Below, in pieces: positions 14,201 through 29,200 of a stretch of 64,000 bases of DNA. The stretch spans positions 248,001 to 312,000 of the forward strand of contig CDROCS010003074.1 in NCBI GenBank assembly GCA_977020255.1, given 5' to 3'. Within the stretch, counting starts at the first letter, position 1, and the number at the start of each line of letters is the position of its first letter. Under the pieces are notes generated by a model. That model did not search any database and was not told where the DNA came from. It saw nothing but the letters and a program-made list of their open reading frames with translations. Both the position numbers and the translations under genes were made by a program. This DNA is from Obrimoposthia wandeli. Lineage: Eukaryota.

Positions 14201-17200
14201 TATGTTCTCCGACCTACATATTACAACTAAAAATACAAAGTCTTCTACTCGTCCATGTAGTTTTATAATTCCTTTATGTTGATTGACAACATTTTATAAC
14301 TGTGTGTTTCATATATACTTCTAATTTTCCATAAGAGATGAAATTCAACTTTCTTCTCATGATATTCGACACTGTCCGAAACAAAAAATATCAATCGAAA
14401 TAATTCCGCGTACAAATATCAAAATATTATTGATTACCATAAATAGAGTTCACAATAAATCGCTGGAAATTGCCAAGCAGAACTTCACGACTTTGTACCG
14501 ATTGTCATTTATGATTTTTACGTATAGCTTTGAAAAATAAACTTAGATGAGCTCAATTGTAATTGCAGATGCTGAAAGTGAACATCATTATCAAAGGAGA
14601 CGCTCCCACCAGCGCAATTACAACGGGAATTGTGAGAAGAATGGTAAGTATACATAAAAATGCTCAATCCATATTAAAGAAAATTATCCGTATTATCTGT
14701 ATTATGTGTAAAATAACAGTAAAATAACAATAAGAGGTACAAGCGAAATAAGTTAATGATGAAGAGACTCAGTCCTTCATTGGTTGCTGTCTTCAATTTT
14801 TGAATGAAGTCCATCATCATGGCAGACTGTTTCTTGTCTATTTTGTTTTCAGGCAATAGTTAACTCTTCTTTTCAGTTGTTCATGATTGTCAGCTTCTCA
14901 GAATGCCAAAAAGTCCTCTACAGGTCTTATCTGAAGTGTATCTGATGGGGTGCAGTCTTTAATCACAACATGCAAGACATTTCTTTCAAAGAGTTCGAGG
15001 GTAACCTCAGCAATGTCACTTGATACTAAGTCTGGCTAAAACAAGAAATCTCCATAGGGATATTTTTCATCAAGAATTGTTGAAGTAATTTTCCTTGGTA
15101 ATTGCTTCACATTTGTGAAGAAAAATGGCTTATACCACGTAAAATGTTTCATCATGCCAGGAATGTATTTTTCAAGCATGATCCTTTTAAGATTTTTACA
15201 TTTTGTTTTCTGGGCAGCATTTTGAGCTTCAGGAACAAGTGGGATTTTCATTTTTCTTATAGTGATCCTAATCTTTGATGATTATTGGTTCTGTAATTTT
15301 ACTTCATTAGCAGCCCTCTAACCAGAAAATCTGCATCAATTTTCTCAGTAGGTTTTCCAGAACCTGAATCGCATGACGTTGTATCAATCTTTCCCTACTG
15401 GGTGCAAATATTGTATACAATGGCCAACTCTGACAACATACTTAGATACTTGATGCTTTGAGTGTGCGGATGACTTATTTGATGACTCACATGTGAAATT
15501 GAGGTGCTTACCCTTCTTCGTGCAATTTTTATATAATCGGAAGTTAATGGGGGTAGAATTTCAAATCTTGCCTAAGAACATTCTGAACAGGCTCTTATTA
15601 ACAATTGACAACTCTAGATGCATTTATTATCGAGGATTTTGGATAATTTTGGAAGTGCTCTTCACTGGTTTCTTATCCTCGTCGTCAAGTGAAGAACGAC
15701 TGGTTTCTGTGCACAATTTATACCTCCAGTACTCTTCAAGCTGTGTCAAATATTTCTGATCGTGTTCTCGTAAGTAATGTTGTTGATGGATAATTGCTTA
15801 TTAACTCAAGTTTTGAATAATTGGCCAATTGGGTCAAATAAATGTTCTGCACCTGAGAGTACTCTGTTTGATCGCACACTCGTATGTATGCGTGCGTGTG
15901 TATGTCAATGAAACATAATGAGATTGCTTATGAATTTAAGTTTTAAATCAAATTTCTTCTAGCTTTGTGACTATAGATTTCCAACTCTACAAAATCTTTA
16001 CAACTTAAAATGAATTAAAATTATTAAAATACGTGAAAAAAGAGTAGGCATCATACAAATACCTTCTTTTTTATCTCATAAAAATATTTTTCGCTTAATT
16101 CGTGTATTATTGAAGCTTAATAAGTTAGTTCTTTAATAATAAACATCCGTGCTTTGGACGGAATTTGCTGTTGTGTAAATAATCTCAAATTATAACTTAT
16201 ATAGATATATTTATTGTTAAGCAATATCTGTATTTCTCAAATTCTTTATTTCACCAAAATTTACAGTTTTTCACAGTAATAGTTCAGAATTGTTTATAAA
16301 CGATGCATCAGTTTATTAGGAAGGTTTATAAACATTGAACATATTTGAATAAAATTTTAAAAATACAGCGTGAGGCCTTCTTTTTTAACACATTTTAGAA
16401 TGCTGATTAAGATTCACCTTCACTCACTCACCACAGCCTTCAAAAATTTGTAATTAAAATATAAGCAACGTTAAAGTATTTTGTATAAATATATCATTTC
16501 ATAAAGGAATTAGCTTTTAATAATTCTGATTTTTCAAACATGAAAGTTGCCTGATTTCAATAAATTGTTTATTTGATTTATCATTGTGGAATTTTGAACA
16601 AAGCAGAAGCCAATTATTTGCGGTAACTCAAAGAAAAGTTTCTTCAGAAGTCGTTTACTGAAACACACATAATCTTTGTCATCTACAAATAAATGAGAAG
16701 TGCTCAGATATTCTGATACAACACAAACATTGGGGAATTGAGTATTGAGTATTTATCTTAGCAAAATTGAAACAGTAGTGTAAATATCGAATATTTATTA
16801 AAAACTAAGACTGAAAAATTAATATAAATATTCTCTAATTGGTTTCTGTTTTTTTCTCAACAAAATCGAGTCTCATCCAGCATTCAATGGTTAGAATCGA
16901 ATGACAATGAAATTTAATCGCTGTTTTTCCTAAGCATCATTCATATTACAATTGTCTTTGTACATGTGTCTTATTCATCAGGGATTATGGACATATATTT
17001 TCTTTATAGTATTTTATTATGTAATTTTCATTAATTTTTTGAGTTTCAAACTTCCACTTTTTTTCTTAATTGCTGTTTATTTTTTAGAGAATTAAGTCTG
17101 TTTTTGTTTCGTAATTAAAAAATGTAATAACAAATACAGCTGAAATATTTTTTATTATTTTTTGTTGTTTATATATTTGAATTAAATTTTCTCTTAAAAT

Positions 17201-20200
17201 AATATAAAAGATTTTTTAAATTTTGCCCAATTTTTGTTGAAAATTAAAAATAAATATATAGTATTTGATAAATTTTTTAGTTAGCGTCATTTTTAGAAAA
17301 TTTAAACAAAATGCTTTTGTAGATCTATTAAAATATTGATTAACTATAGTACATTTAGGAAGTGAATGATATACTATTGAAAATCTCTTGATGTAGTGAT
17401 GATCTGCTGTTCTTGAACCCCTTGTGCCATTCGTTAATTGGAGCCTAATTCAGTAGCATATTTTCTATTAATGTTTCCTTATCTAAATGCTTGGTACACA
17501 TAGGATCGATAATATTCATTTTCTGATTACATATTTAACATATGTACAGCAGAAATTCATTTAGATGAATAAGAGTAAAATATTTAATCTTAGAAAAAAA
17601 AGGGTTCGTTCTGCATAGAATTTTAAATTTGTTAAAGTTAGAAATAATTTTAAAAAGTAAAATATTATGAATTTTGTTTGAATATTTGTTATTAAATTCT
17701 TGAAAAACTATTGACAATAATATTGTCTTGCATGAAAACGTTTTTACAAAGTAAAAAAGGTCGAAAAATCTGATGAAGGTTTATGAATCACTAAGAAAAC
17801 AAAATATAGTTCCATCTTTCTGGGAAAAAACTAGAACACCAACGCAAATAAATAATCTTAAACCTGAAAACTGGGCTTCGCAATTTGACGGGAAAATGGT
17901 AAATTTGGAGAATGGTAAAGGAATAGCCAATCGGAGTTGTGGGATAACATCAAAGTTTAAATATCTGACACTATCAGTGAAAATACAGGAAGAAAGCGTT
18001 GTGCTATATTCATTCTACAGGAAATTTCCAATGAGAAAGAAAAAACCGAGGCAGGTTCCAAGAATTAAATTTAAACAAAAACTTCCAAAATTAAACAATG
18101 TGCGTTGGAATAGTATAGTAACATATGCTTTACTAGGTTACTTCTTTTAGGAGAAGAGAAGAGCTGAAATAAATATGGGAATTTATTGCTTATAAGTGGT
18201 GAGTTTTGGTTTTTACCCCAGTCTCTGAAGAAATCCTTCGTACAATACGCTGGACAGAAGAAACATAGTTGACTTCTTTGAAACTAAGATGTCAGAAACT
18301 ATACCGACGGATTAGAATACATTATCAAATGACCTTTTTGGGAAGGGAGCAAGTACCTTTATGTGTAAAGATGGGGAATCTATTTGAGGGGAATCTTGAC
18401 ATGACTATGAAGATCATGAATAGTAGACTGTACCCTCACCAGAAAATCTTGACTTACAAAAGCTTTGTACACTCCAAATTTGTATTCAGTTTCAGTCAAA
18501 ACAACATATCCTACGACAGATTCACCAATGATAGATGTACTAAAGGAGTAACCAAATACGCTTATGACGGCAAGTGAGGGAAAAATCCCGAGAATTGCAG
18601 GACTGCCTTAAAATACCCCTCTTGGAACTTTGCACCGTCAAAAAGATCATGGAGGATTCGGTATCCCAAGTATCACAGATGAGTATAATATACAGACCAT
18701 AATCCAAGTCTTCAAAATGGTGAATGCAGAACGTGGAGAATTACAACAAGCCTTTAGACTTGAACTTATCTAATTAGTAAACAAACGAATCCCGGAAAGC
18801 AGTAACTTTTGGAGTTTCCTGGCCCAAGCCGTAAATTAAAAAGTCATTCAGACAATGGACAGAAATTAGTGGCCAAATTATACTGAGGCTCACAAAAAAA
18901 TCAAGAAGGAATTGAATCTCCAAATTATAATCTTTAGAGGGGCTACATATGGTAAAAATAATAAAGTAGTAATTATCATTAGGAAAGGTAATATTAATAC
19001 CGTACTCGCGAGCAACGAATACAAAGGAACCAGTGCCAGTCTCTACAACCAGATTGTAATTGCTAGGACTGAGCACGTAAGAATCAATGATAAATCTGAA
19101 TTGGATATTTATGGAAATCTTACATCTGATACGGACATTAACAGGTTTATCTTAAAGGGTAAACTCCCTCATAAAGTATGGTACTTTATACACAAAGCTC
19201 GAATAGGACGCTTGTATGTTAAAGCCCTATATAGTAAGCGTGAAGTTAAATGTTGACAATATGTGTGTAAAAGAAACAACAAACCATCACCCGAGACTGT
19301 ATCCCATGCTATTGTACATAGGGACGATATGGTTGTACGAGAAGCATATACCATACTTAAACGTGTCCTAAACGATACTATTCTCATGCAGGAAGCTACA
19401 TCAGCAATATATATTCAGCGAGAAAAACTAGATATTACGGTAAAAGGTAGAACCTACACCCACTATGTGGAAATTAAAGTTCCCTTTGACAGTAATATGA
19501 TTCAAAATATAAGTTACAACAAAGCAATGGACAAATATCAAAATCTAGGGGAGACTACGCGGAAAGATAATATTGACAAAATGGTAGAACTCTATGTCAT
19601 TAGAGATGGAACCCTCCGGTTCTGGAATACCGAAAACAACCAACTTTTCCAGGCTTACAAATATTCAGCTGCAGAAAGAAATAAGATTAAAATACGAATC
19701 GCAAGTAAAGTCATAAAACATAGTTGTGCCCAGTGGAATTGCTTTAGACTACATGGAGTTTCAGAAACTGTGGATACAATTCCTGATTGAGTAGATGGCC
19801 TGACTACTGACAAATTGGAGAGGATTGAAAAGTGGGTGTATGTATTATAAAAATAAATTTCCAAATTAAAATTTCTGATCAATACTTTTTGGAAGAAATT
19901 GAAATACCAGAATATATAATATTTACCATTACAATACTGAAATACTCAGAAAATGCTGGCACACCCTGGGAAACATCCAAGCAGTGTCATACAAAGAATC
20001 TCATCGGAGATTCATCGGTCCTCCATGAAGTAGAAAACATTTTACGGTGTATTCCTACGGGGAATTTAATTACCGGTATGTGTTTACAATGAATATAGTT
20101 TTCTTATCTTATCTTATCAGAGGCTTCTTAAATTGTTGCAGTTTCATATATTCATCCGTAGATTGTTATAAAGATTCAGAAGATAAATTTCAAATATTCC

Positions 20201-23200
20201 GTCCCTCTGTTTGTTTATTTAAATCCCTTGACTTATCTGCAGTCATCATCTTTGCTCCTAAAATGCATATACATGCTCACTGTACCAATATAAATTTGGC
20301 CTATTGTAAGAAAATACATTTTTTGATACTAAATGGAATCTTGAAATTTAATTTTATAGATATTATGTAAATTCCGTGTAGTAGACGTTATGAATATTTC
20401 ACTAAATTTATCAATTATCTGTTTTGAAGCAATATACGATCTGTCTTTATAGATAAAAGTCATAAAATATATCAGCTAAAAACTAATCAAAAACTCATTT
20501 TAAAAAATATTTTCGTTTATAAAAAATGCCTCTGAAATTGTATTGTTGTAATTTAAACTTCATACAAAGAAAATTTCTTCAAGAAAATGTCGACCTTTAG
20601 AGTAAGATAATATAGGCTCGAAGTTGTGAGTTCTCGCTTAATTGGATTGATTACTACATCTTGCTGAGCTTGTTTTACTGCATTTTCAACATCGACTCAA
20701 AGTTGTGTTTCATTCTGCTGTCTTCTTCTGTATCCTTGACAATCGTAATTTATATTTGATCAAATCACCCATTAAGTTCCGCTGTATCTATTCTCGACGG
20801 CTTTGATGCCCAACGTTGTCATGGAGATTATGCAGCCTCGTAGACATCGATGAGTCGATAACTGAGAGTTTTGATAGATACTTCACTAAGAGAGCACATC
20901 AGAAATAATTGTAAAAACTGCTGATGTTGCTGCTGCTGCTGCTGCTGCTCAAGATTACTATCCTCCTCAGCATCTAAAAAAATAATTGTAATTAGTTACA
21001 TCGTAAAGGACCATATTATTTTTTAAAACTCAAAATTGTCGATATGATTTAAACAATAAAACAATAAATATTAATTCTATTTGAAGTATATTTAAAAAGC
21101 TGTAAATTTCATTACTCGCATTCACCTACTGGGGACCACATAGTGGTTCATTCGTAGTCAGGCAAGGTAAATCTAAATTGTGTCTCATAGGGATTGACAT
21201 AATTATCTCAAATTTTAAATACGCTCTAATGGAAATTTTTACATTGCATAGACTTCAAAATATATCCTTAAACTCTAAATCAATAACAAGAAAGTGAATC
21301 TAACTAGGTTTTTTATTTATATATTTATATAGGCTTTTGTGATAGAAAATATATTTTAATGATAATTAGGATCTTGAATTCAATTCTAACACTGATCGGT
21401 AGCCAATGAAGCGTTAATAACTGTTCACTTATACTAGCACCTGTTATAGGAAAGGTAAACCAAGTCAATATGCTTTTTAGTGCTGACCAAATTGAATTAC
21501 AGCGGTCAATTAGAGAAATCGTTAAAAATCGAGGTGGCCCTATAGCTAGGTTAATTTCCCTGGGATTATTTACTTACTTGTTTTTAAATGACATCGTTTA
21601 TTAAGAACTAACCCACGCCCTGACGCATTTTGAAGGGCTTTGAAACTATTCATATGTAGACGTTGTCGACCAGATACATTTATATCAGATAATGGAAAGA
21701 ATTTTATGGGAACTGTGACTGATTTAGAAGAACTAGAGATTGATGGATTCAAATTACAGAAGGATATGGCGGTCAACAGGATTATATGAATAATTAATTC
21801 ACTCAAAGCACTACATTTGGACGGAATGTTCGAAGCTATGGTAAAGTCGGTAAAGCAAGGCTTGTATAAGATCTTGGACAATATCGAGATGAATGATGAT
21901 AAACTATTTAAATGTTTTGAAATAATTAGAACTGCTGATAAATTCAAGAACACTTAGTTAACTCCCAACTATTTTCTTATAGGTGAACAATTCAAAACTA
22001 GCTCATTTGAAAGCAAAAGAGGACTTATGAGCCTGTGAAGGTTAATTCAAGAGATTTACCAATATTTATGAAATGGAAGGTGGAAGAGGTAGTGCAACAG
22101 AAGTTGTGTGAAGATAAGGATCCCTTGAAAATAAATAATGTTGTTTCAATTTTAACCAATAAAATTGAAAGAGGAACTTGGGACTTAGAAACGGTAATCG
22201 GATTGATGCCAGATAGCGATGGTAAGATTAGGGTTACAAGAATAAGAAGTCAAGGTAAAGAGATAGTTAGGGTAGTTATGTTAACTGCGGATTAAATGTA
22301 GAATTTAGGTAGGTAGATAATTAATAAAAAAAACAGAGCATAATTGAGACTGGTTTTGAGGTGAGTTGTTTGGGAATGTTGCGGGGATCTGTGATTTTGT
22401 ACCTCCATGATTTGTTTGTTTGATCGGGTTTGATCATGGAGGGGGTATGTTCAGGTTCAAACATAATGTGCAAACTTTAATGTACTAATTATTATGTAAA
22501 AATTTGATTCAGAAAATTGCTGAATCATATAATTACGTGTTTGAGGTTTGGCCAATTGGAGGATGGAATAATTGGATTGTTGCACTATATAATAGGCAGA
22601 TATTTTGTAAATTTGTCAGTATGATTTTGATGTTGTAAAAAGAAAAAGAAACATTCAATTGGTCACGAAAAACAAATTTGACCCTGCACTTTTATTCTCG
22701 TAATTTATTCGAATTTGACACCATTTAGATGGTTTATGGTGGTATTATACATTTCAACTTTAACTAATCTAAAAGGACTCCTTTTGCTCCACAACAATAC
22801 CATATCATATTTTTATATAAGCACGATGGAGAAATGAAGGAATACTTACCGGATTAGGTTCCTATCAATTTTCATATTTTCAAGTTTTATCGTATTTTCC
22901 TGGATGAGAAGAAATTTGATAATATAAGAAGTTTAAAGTCGACGTCTTGGAGTCTAGAAATCAAGATTTTTTTCAAATAGAATATTGAATCTCTTTCCAA
23001 ACGTTGAAAAAAATACATAGAATCAGAAGGGTCTATTTTGATAATTTTAGTTCTAATGTTGGAATTTATCTTGTATTTTTATTTGTTAAAAACTGACATT
23101 AATTATGCAACATCCTAATAACTAGATATATAAATTAATAAATATTCATACGATCTAAACTTGATGAAATTTTAATAATAATAATATTGTCATGACATGT

Positions 23201-26200
23201 GGTTTAGTTGGAGAATGAACTAAAATTATGTAAATTACTGCTTTTTATATTTAGAACAGGTTTAGAATATATTTAGATGACGGGGCTGTATAGTCACTTA
23301 TACTGATCTAACTGATTGGCTTCATTGAGCGAGGAGAGATGGTGTGGCGGAGTTTCCGATTAGTGGGGTCAGTCAGGAAACATTAACATCAATTAGGGCG
23401 AGCGTCATAGACAGACCCATCTATGCCCCTAGACTCATCCCTGGAGTTATTTGAGCCTGGGGAGTTGCGAGTGCATTACATATCTGAAATAAAATACATT
23501 ATTGAATATATCATGAAGAATTTTGATCAATAATTGTATTTGGAGATTTTTCGAAACTAATTACAGTTTTAATAAAGGGTTAATTGTTTACAAAATATTT
23601 ATGTATATATGCTTGTTTCGTGTTTAATATATTTACATTTTCGCCGCTCTTTCCTATTGGATGGACGGATATTTGTTTAGATTTCTATACTTATCCTTGT
23701 TGAAATTTTACCTGATTCGATGAAATTGTCTCTACCAAAAAGAATGGAATCTAAATAAATTTTAATTCTATTATAATATATTATGAACAAATATACTGAA
23801 AATTGAACACTTCAAAAGAAATAAAATTTGTTTACCTCAAATCGTATAATTAGAAAAAAAGTAATTTAACTAATATTATGCACGTATCTGTGTAAAATTG
23901 ACTGAATACAGCAGTAAAAATATTCATTTTGAATTAATCATTACATTTCAAATGTTGTCATATGAATATTTTAAAATGTCGGGAATTTTCATCAAAATAT
24001 AATATAACTTTATTCTATAATTGGTAAACTTTTAGACTATCATAATATCCATTAATAAATGCCAATAACTAAAGTAATGTTGTCCAATTGTATAACTTTT
24101 CTTCCTAAACCCTTTAAAGTTTTGCTAAGAAGTTTGTTTAAATTATATATGGGAACTGCTTTCATTATAATTAAACCATATTATAGGCTAATTTATTTTG
24201 TACAAATCAGATTCTCTTATAAAAACATATAAAAACCTTATAATGAGAAACGTTTTTTTAAATAAATGTTGATTTTGTGTGTGACCATTTCTTCCTTCGC
24301 ATAGAGGCCCGGCTAATGTATTTTTAATCTCAAAATATGTTTATAAAATTATTATGCTATAAAAAGAAATTACTATTATATAGAAATAAATTCAAGTAAA
24401 TTCTTTGTATATAAATAGCATATACACACATATATACAGGGTGCGGAGAAAGTTCCCGATCGAATTTTGAAAATTGAATTAAAGATATTATTATTTAACT
24501 AAATTTATCCATTTTTGGCTTATTTTGTTTGTAGATACATATATTTATATGTTTCAGATCCAAATTTCCGAAAATTTAATTTGCATTTGTTTAAAATGAG
24601 TAAACGTGAGGCCATTATCCAACTTCATTGCGCGGGAAAGACGAACCCAGAGATTGTTAAGATCTTAAAAGCTCCAAAATCAACAGTTCGGGATGCAGTA
24701 AACCGATACAAAGAACTTGGGACATTAGACGATCGTCCCAGAAGTGGACGCCCCCGAACTGCTCGCACCCCAGCCAAAATAAAGGCCGTTAGGGAGCGAA
24801 TAAGGAGGAACCCCAAACGAAGAATGAGGAAAATGGCCAAGGACTTCAAATTTGACGAAAAAACTGTCAGAACAATTGTCAAAGATGATCTCAAGTTATC
24901 CCCTTTCAAGATGACCAACAGACAACAACTGACGGAATTGCAAAAACAGAAGAGGGTCGAAAGAGTCAAGATTCTCCTGAACCGAAAGAAGGATGGCACG
25001 GATGCTGGGGTAATTGTCTTTTCTGATGAAAAAATGTTCACTGTTGAGGCCCAAATCAACTCGCAGAACGACAGAATTTTAGCTAAGAGTGCTGATAGCA
25101 TTCCCAGTCGGTAAAATCCGTTTACCGTCGCCAAAAACCTAGCTCGGTAATGGTATGGGCTGCCATCTCTGAGAATTGGAGATCCTCTCTCATTTTTGTT
25201 AAAGAGGGTGCCAAAGTTAACGCAAACTCGTACATCCAGGATATTTTGACTCCAGCCCATGTTGAAATGAAGAAACATTTCAAAAATGACCCTTTCACAT
25301 TCCAACAGGACGGTGCGCCCTCTCACACTGCGAACAAAACTCAGGACTGGTGTGAGAATCACTTTCCAGCTTTCTGGAGGAAGGAATTGTGGCCTCCTTC
25401 ATCACCTGACTTGAACCCTCTGGACTTTTGTGTCTGGTCCATCTTGGAGAGAGAGGCCTGCGCTACAGCCCATGATAATACAGAAGCTTTGAAGAAGTCT
25501 CTTAAGCGGGAATGGGCCAAAATTCCCCAGAGATCCTTTCGTGCCGCAGTGAAGAGCTTCAGGGGGAGACTTGAGCGTGTAATTGAAGCCAAAGGCGGCC
25601 ACATTGAAAAATAGATAGTATAAATGTTAAATAGAGCTCTAACAAATTGTGTGTGTTAATTTTTGTTTAATTTCAACCTTTATTAGTTGTTAAATTTAAC
25701 GTTTTATGAGATCGGGGACTTTCTCCGCACCCTGTATATATATATATATATGATGTATGATAGTTTCGAGCACATGAAAGGAGTATTAGTAAAATTCTAA
25801 CTTATTGAAATCTGAAGTTTTCATTGGACCTTATATCGTAGTCACGTAATCAACAGGCAATGTCACAACATTTTGTTTGAAATTGTATTTCTGTTTCTTA
25901 AACCTTTACCAGCACGAAAGCGTGTTTGTGAGCATCAGTTTATTAAGTATGAAAATATAGTATTTTGAGATGTGAATTGTATACTCTCGATTACCTTTTT
26001 AATATGAGCTTTATTAGAAAAATGGGATATAGGGATAAAAATCGTGCCATAAAATGCGAAAAATGGCTTTGTAATGAATTGATGTTTTCTCAATATTTAA
26101 GTTTTCTAACATTATTTTAATTGGAATTTAGCAAATAACCAACTTCACCTTTCTCCATGCAGCCATGGCAACCAAAAATATTCGCCAACGACCTTCACTA

Positions 26201-29200
26201 TGTCATACATTGTGGCGATACCTGGGCTGAAAGACTGATTCTCTGTACCGAGAGGGGAACTGTTCTTCTAGAAGGTAATTGGCTATTTTATTCCTACATG
26301 TAGGTCAGCTGTTTTCAAGAAAAAAACACATAATTTTTATTTTCCTTTTCAAAATTGTTTTAATATTCTTAAAAATCCGTTTCTGAAACTGGTTTGGGCA
26401 CCATGTCATGTCGATATTTCCACTAAACTTGAGCCCTCTACAAACAGGCCTGTTCATGCAGTTATAGTTTCAGACTTGTTATTCAAAATCCCTGGCTTAT
26501 CAGTCTTTCTAATTAAATATTGAATCGTTTGGAAATAATTCCAAATTATCTCCCCGACATAAAGTAAAGTCAATGTCACCCTATGTTTCATGAAATTGCG
26601 TGGGTTGCATAATTATAACTGCATGGCATATCGTGATATTTGATTACTAACCACAGTTTAAATTACAGCAAATACGATATTCAAATAACTCGAAATACCT
26701 TCGAAGAAATGTCGAAATTTTGAATATTTGGTGAGCGACTTTAACTATTTTAAAAGTGGAAATATTTCAAGTGCTGATGATGTTGATTTCAAAATAGAAG
26801 TATGTCGAATTTAATCAGTAACCGACATCGTCCGGAAAATTCGAATCAAGCAACGACGAGAGTGAAGAAATAAAATCTTTATCTATATTACGACGACATG
26901 TTGAGTCAATTGATACATGCATTGATGTTACAGTTCTTGATTCTCCTGGGGAATATATGTCTCAATGTTTCGAGCAGTAGATTCAAATTCAGTGTAAAAA
27001 CAAATTACTTACTTCTGGTTTGCATTTTAATCTTAATTTCCTTACACTATATTTTTATTTACTATTATGTTATAGCGGGATTATACTGTATATAGTGTGA
27101 ACATGTATATTGAATTGTAATCAAACAGAAGAATTATATAAAAGGATGTTATAGTAGATAAATAAAGTTAAACAAATAACAGGGATTTTATCAGAAAAGC
27201 TTAGATTATTTTATTCTTATATTAATGAAATATGTTATACTTAAAATAGCCAAATTATGTACATTTATAATAAATGTTACAGTAATAGATGATTTGTGCT
27301 AACAGTATATATTCCTTTTTCCCTAGAAAACGTTTAGAGGTATTAGTCATTATCAATCAATATAACAAAGATTGAGTAAATAAATTATGCTATAAATTTA
27401 TGCAAAAAACATGTTGTCCAAAAATTCATTTTATTATTTTTCTGTCTCACAAATTACATCCAATTAAACCTCAAAACCATTTACTAAAAACAAAATATAT
27501 TTTATGAGGATAATATGATTTTTTCGATGTGTCTTCCAGTAGTTTCCAAAAGCATCAAAAGACGGTCAAATGAACTATTTTGGGCATTGCTAACATAATC
27601 AGTGGTCATTTTTGCTACGATCTATTTCTCGTTGTTTCACTTTGTCTTTTAATTAAGGAGAGCTGAAATTGTATGCCATTATAACTCAAAATACTACCTA
27701 ATAATTTTCTCCACTACAAATTCTTCCGTTAATTTTTCTGTGGTATAGTACCATCTTGTTGGAAAATTGTATATGCTACGATTTCTCTGAGATCTTAAAT
27801 AGTGTTATTTTCAGAGGAAAAAATAAAAGAATTATTACAATTCTCAAAAATCTTATTCACACAGGGTTTTGGAGAATGAATCATCTTTTATGCTATTGCA
27901 CGAGGGTTATTTTCATTCCCGTACTAACTTTACCATACTGACCAAATATGCCCCATTGGTCCATAATTTGTTATGAAAATGATTCAATTCTCTCTGAACA
28001 GGATCATCATATTCAAATTTCTGTTATTTTTGTTCTTATATTTATTACTTTTATATTTCTCTCACTGATTTTTTTACTTTTTCCCAATTTTCTTTGTCAA
28101 ATATTGATCTGTTTCCAGATTTTGGCTTATCATACACGCTGTCTGTTTAATAGATTAATTTTGTACAATTTACTAACTGACTGAATAAGATTATTTGTGT
28201 TTATCGAGATAATGCTTCTTTACGGAGCCAGAACACTCAACAAGTACTTTTGAAACCGACTTTAACTACTTTGACCTATATTTAACAAGATTAAAATGGA
28301 TTCCCACATGCAGAAAACACCGCGCCTTTGTTGGTGATCGAGAAAAGCTGGGAGATCAAGCAAATAGCGATTGTAGAGAGTCTTGGAATACTCATATGTC
28401 GCTGCGATAAAGGTGGGATTTTTATCTGAGAAATTATCAATAAACCACAGTTCTCCCACCTAAATACATTTTTAGGAACCACACAATGAGACAGATTTAT
28501 CTGTCTTTTATTTATTTCTCTGTTCATGTGAAAAGTAGATAAAAGCGAAATTTTTGTTACTTTTTATTATTTTATTATGTATATTTTTAAACAAAATAAT
28601 AATTAATGAAACAATAAAAATGTCAATATTTTTAATCAGATGTGTATAAACCTGTCTGTCTAAACTTATTGTTGCAATATAAATTGCATTTTAAAATAAG
28701 ATAGAGCAAACACAATTGTTTAAATGTATTACCGAACTTCCGCAGTTTCGGTTTCAAAATAAACAAATACCAATTTGGTATAAATAATGCAATTGGAAAT
28801 TCACATTAACCAAAAGTTCAATTGATTGTTTATTTTAAGTTTCGGTTTCGGTATTATTTTGTAAAACACTTATAATATATTTTTGTTATAAATATTTTGT
28901 GGTAGTCTTCTTTTGATTTACCAATACATAAACAAATAAACAAAATTTTATTCAAAATATTATTCATTTTAAAAGCGAATTATAATGTCAATATGATAGA
29001 GCAGTGGTTCCCAAAGAAGGTTTCTCAAAGGCCTGTCTGGGTTCCATGCCAAGAGTTCAAAATATTAAATCTTTTGCATAAAACAATTCTCAAGGTTGGT
29101 AAATACTCCCTAAAAAAAAGTTAAGGTTATTATTATTTTTTCTACTACGTAAATTTTGAACATTTTACTATCTTTTATTCGACCAAATAGGAATTTTATC

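Noticed and set aside
14660-15450. Decayed coding-like minus-strand segment
   Set aside because: Probably a transposase remnant, but no diagnostic motif was recognised. The same applies to ~500-960, ~10300-10900 and ~36990-37300.
24625-25604. Long minus-strand ORFs
   Set aside because: Antisense shadows of the maT transposase.
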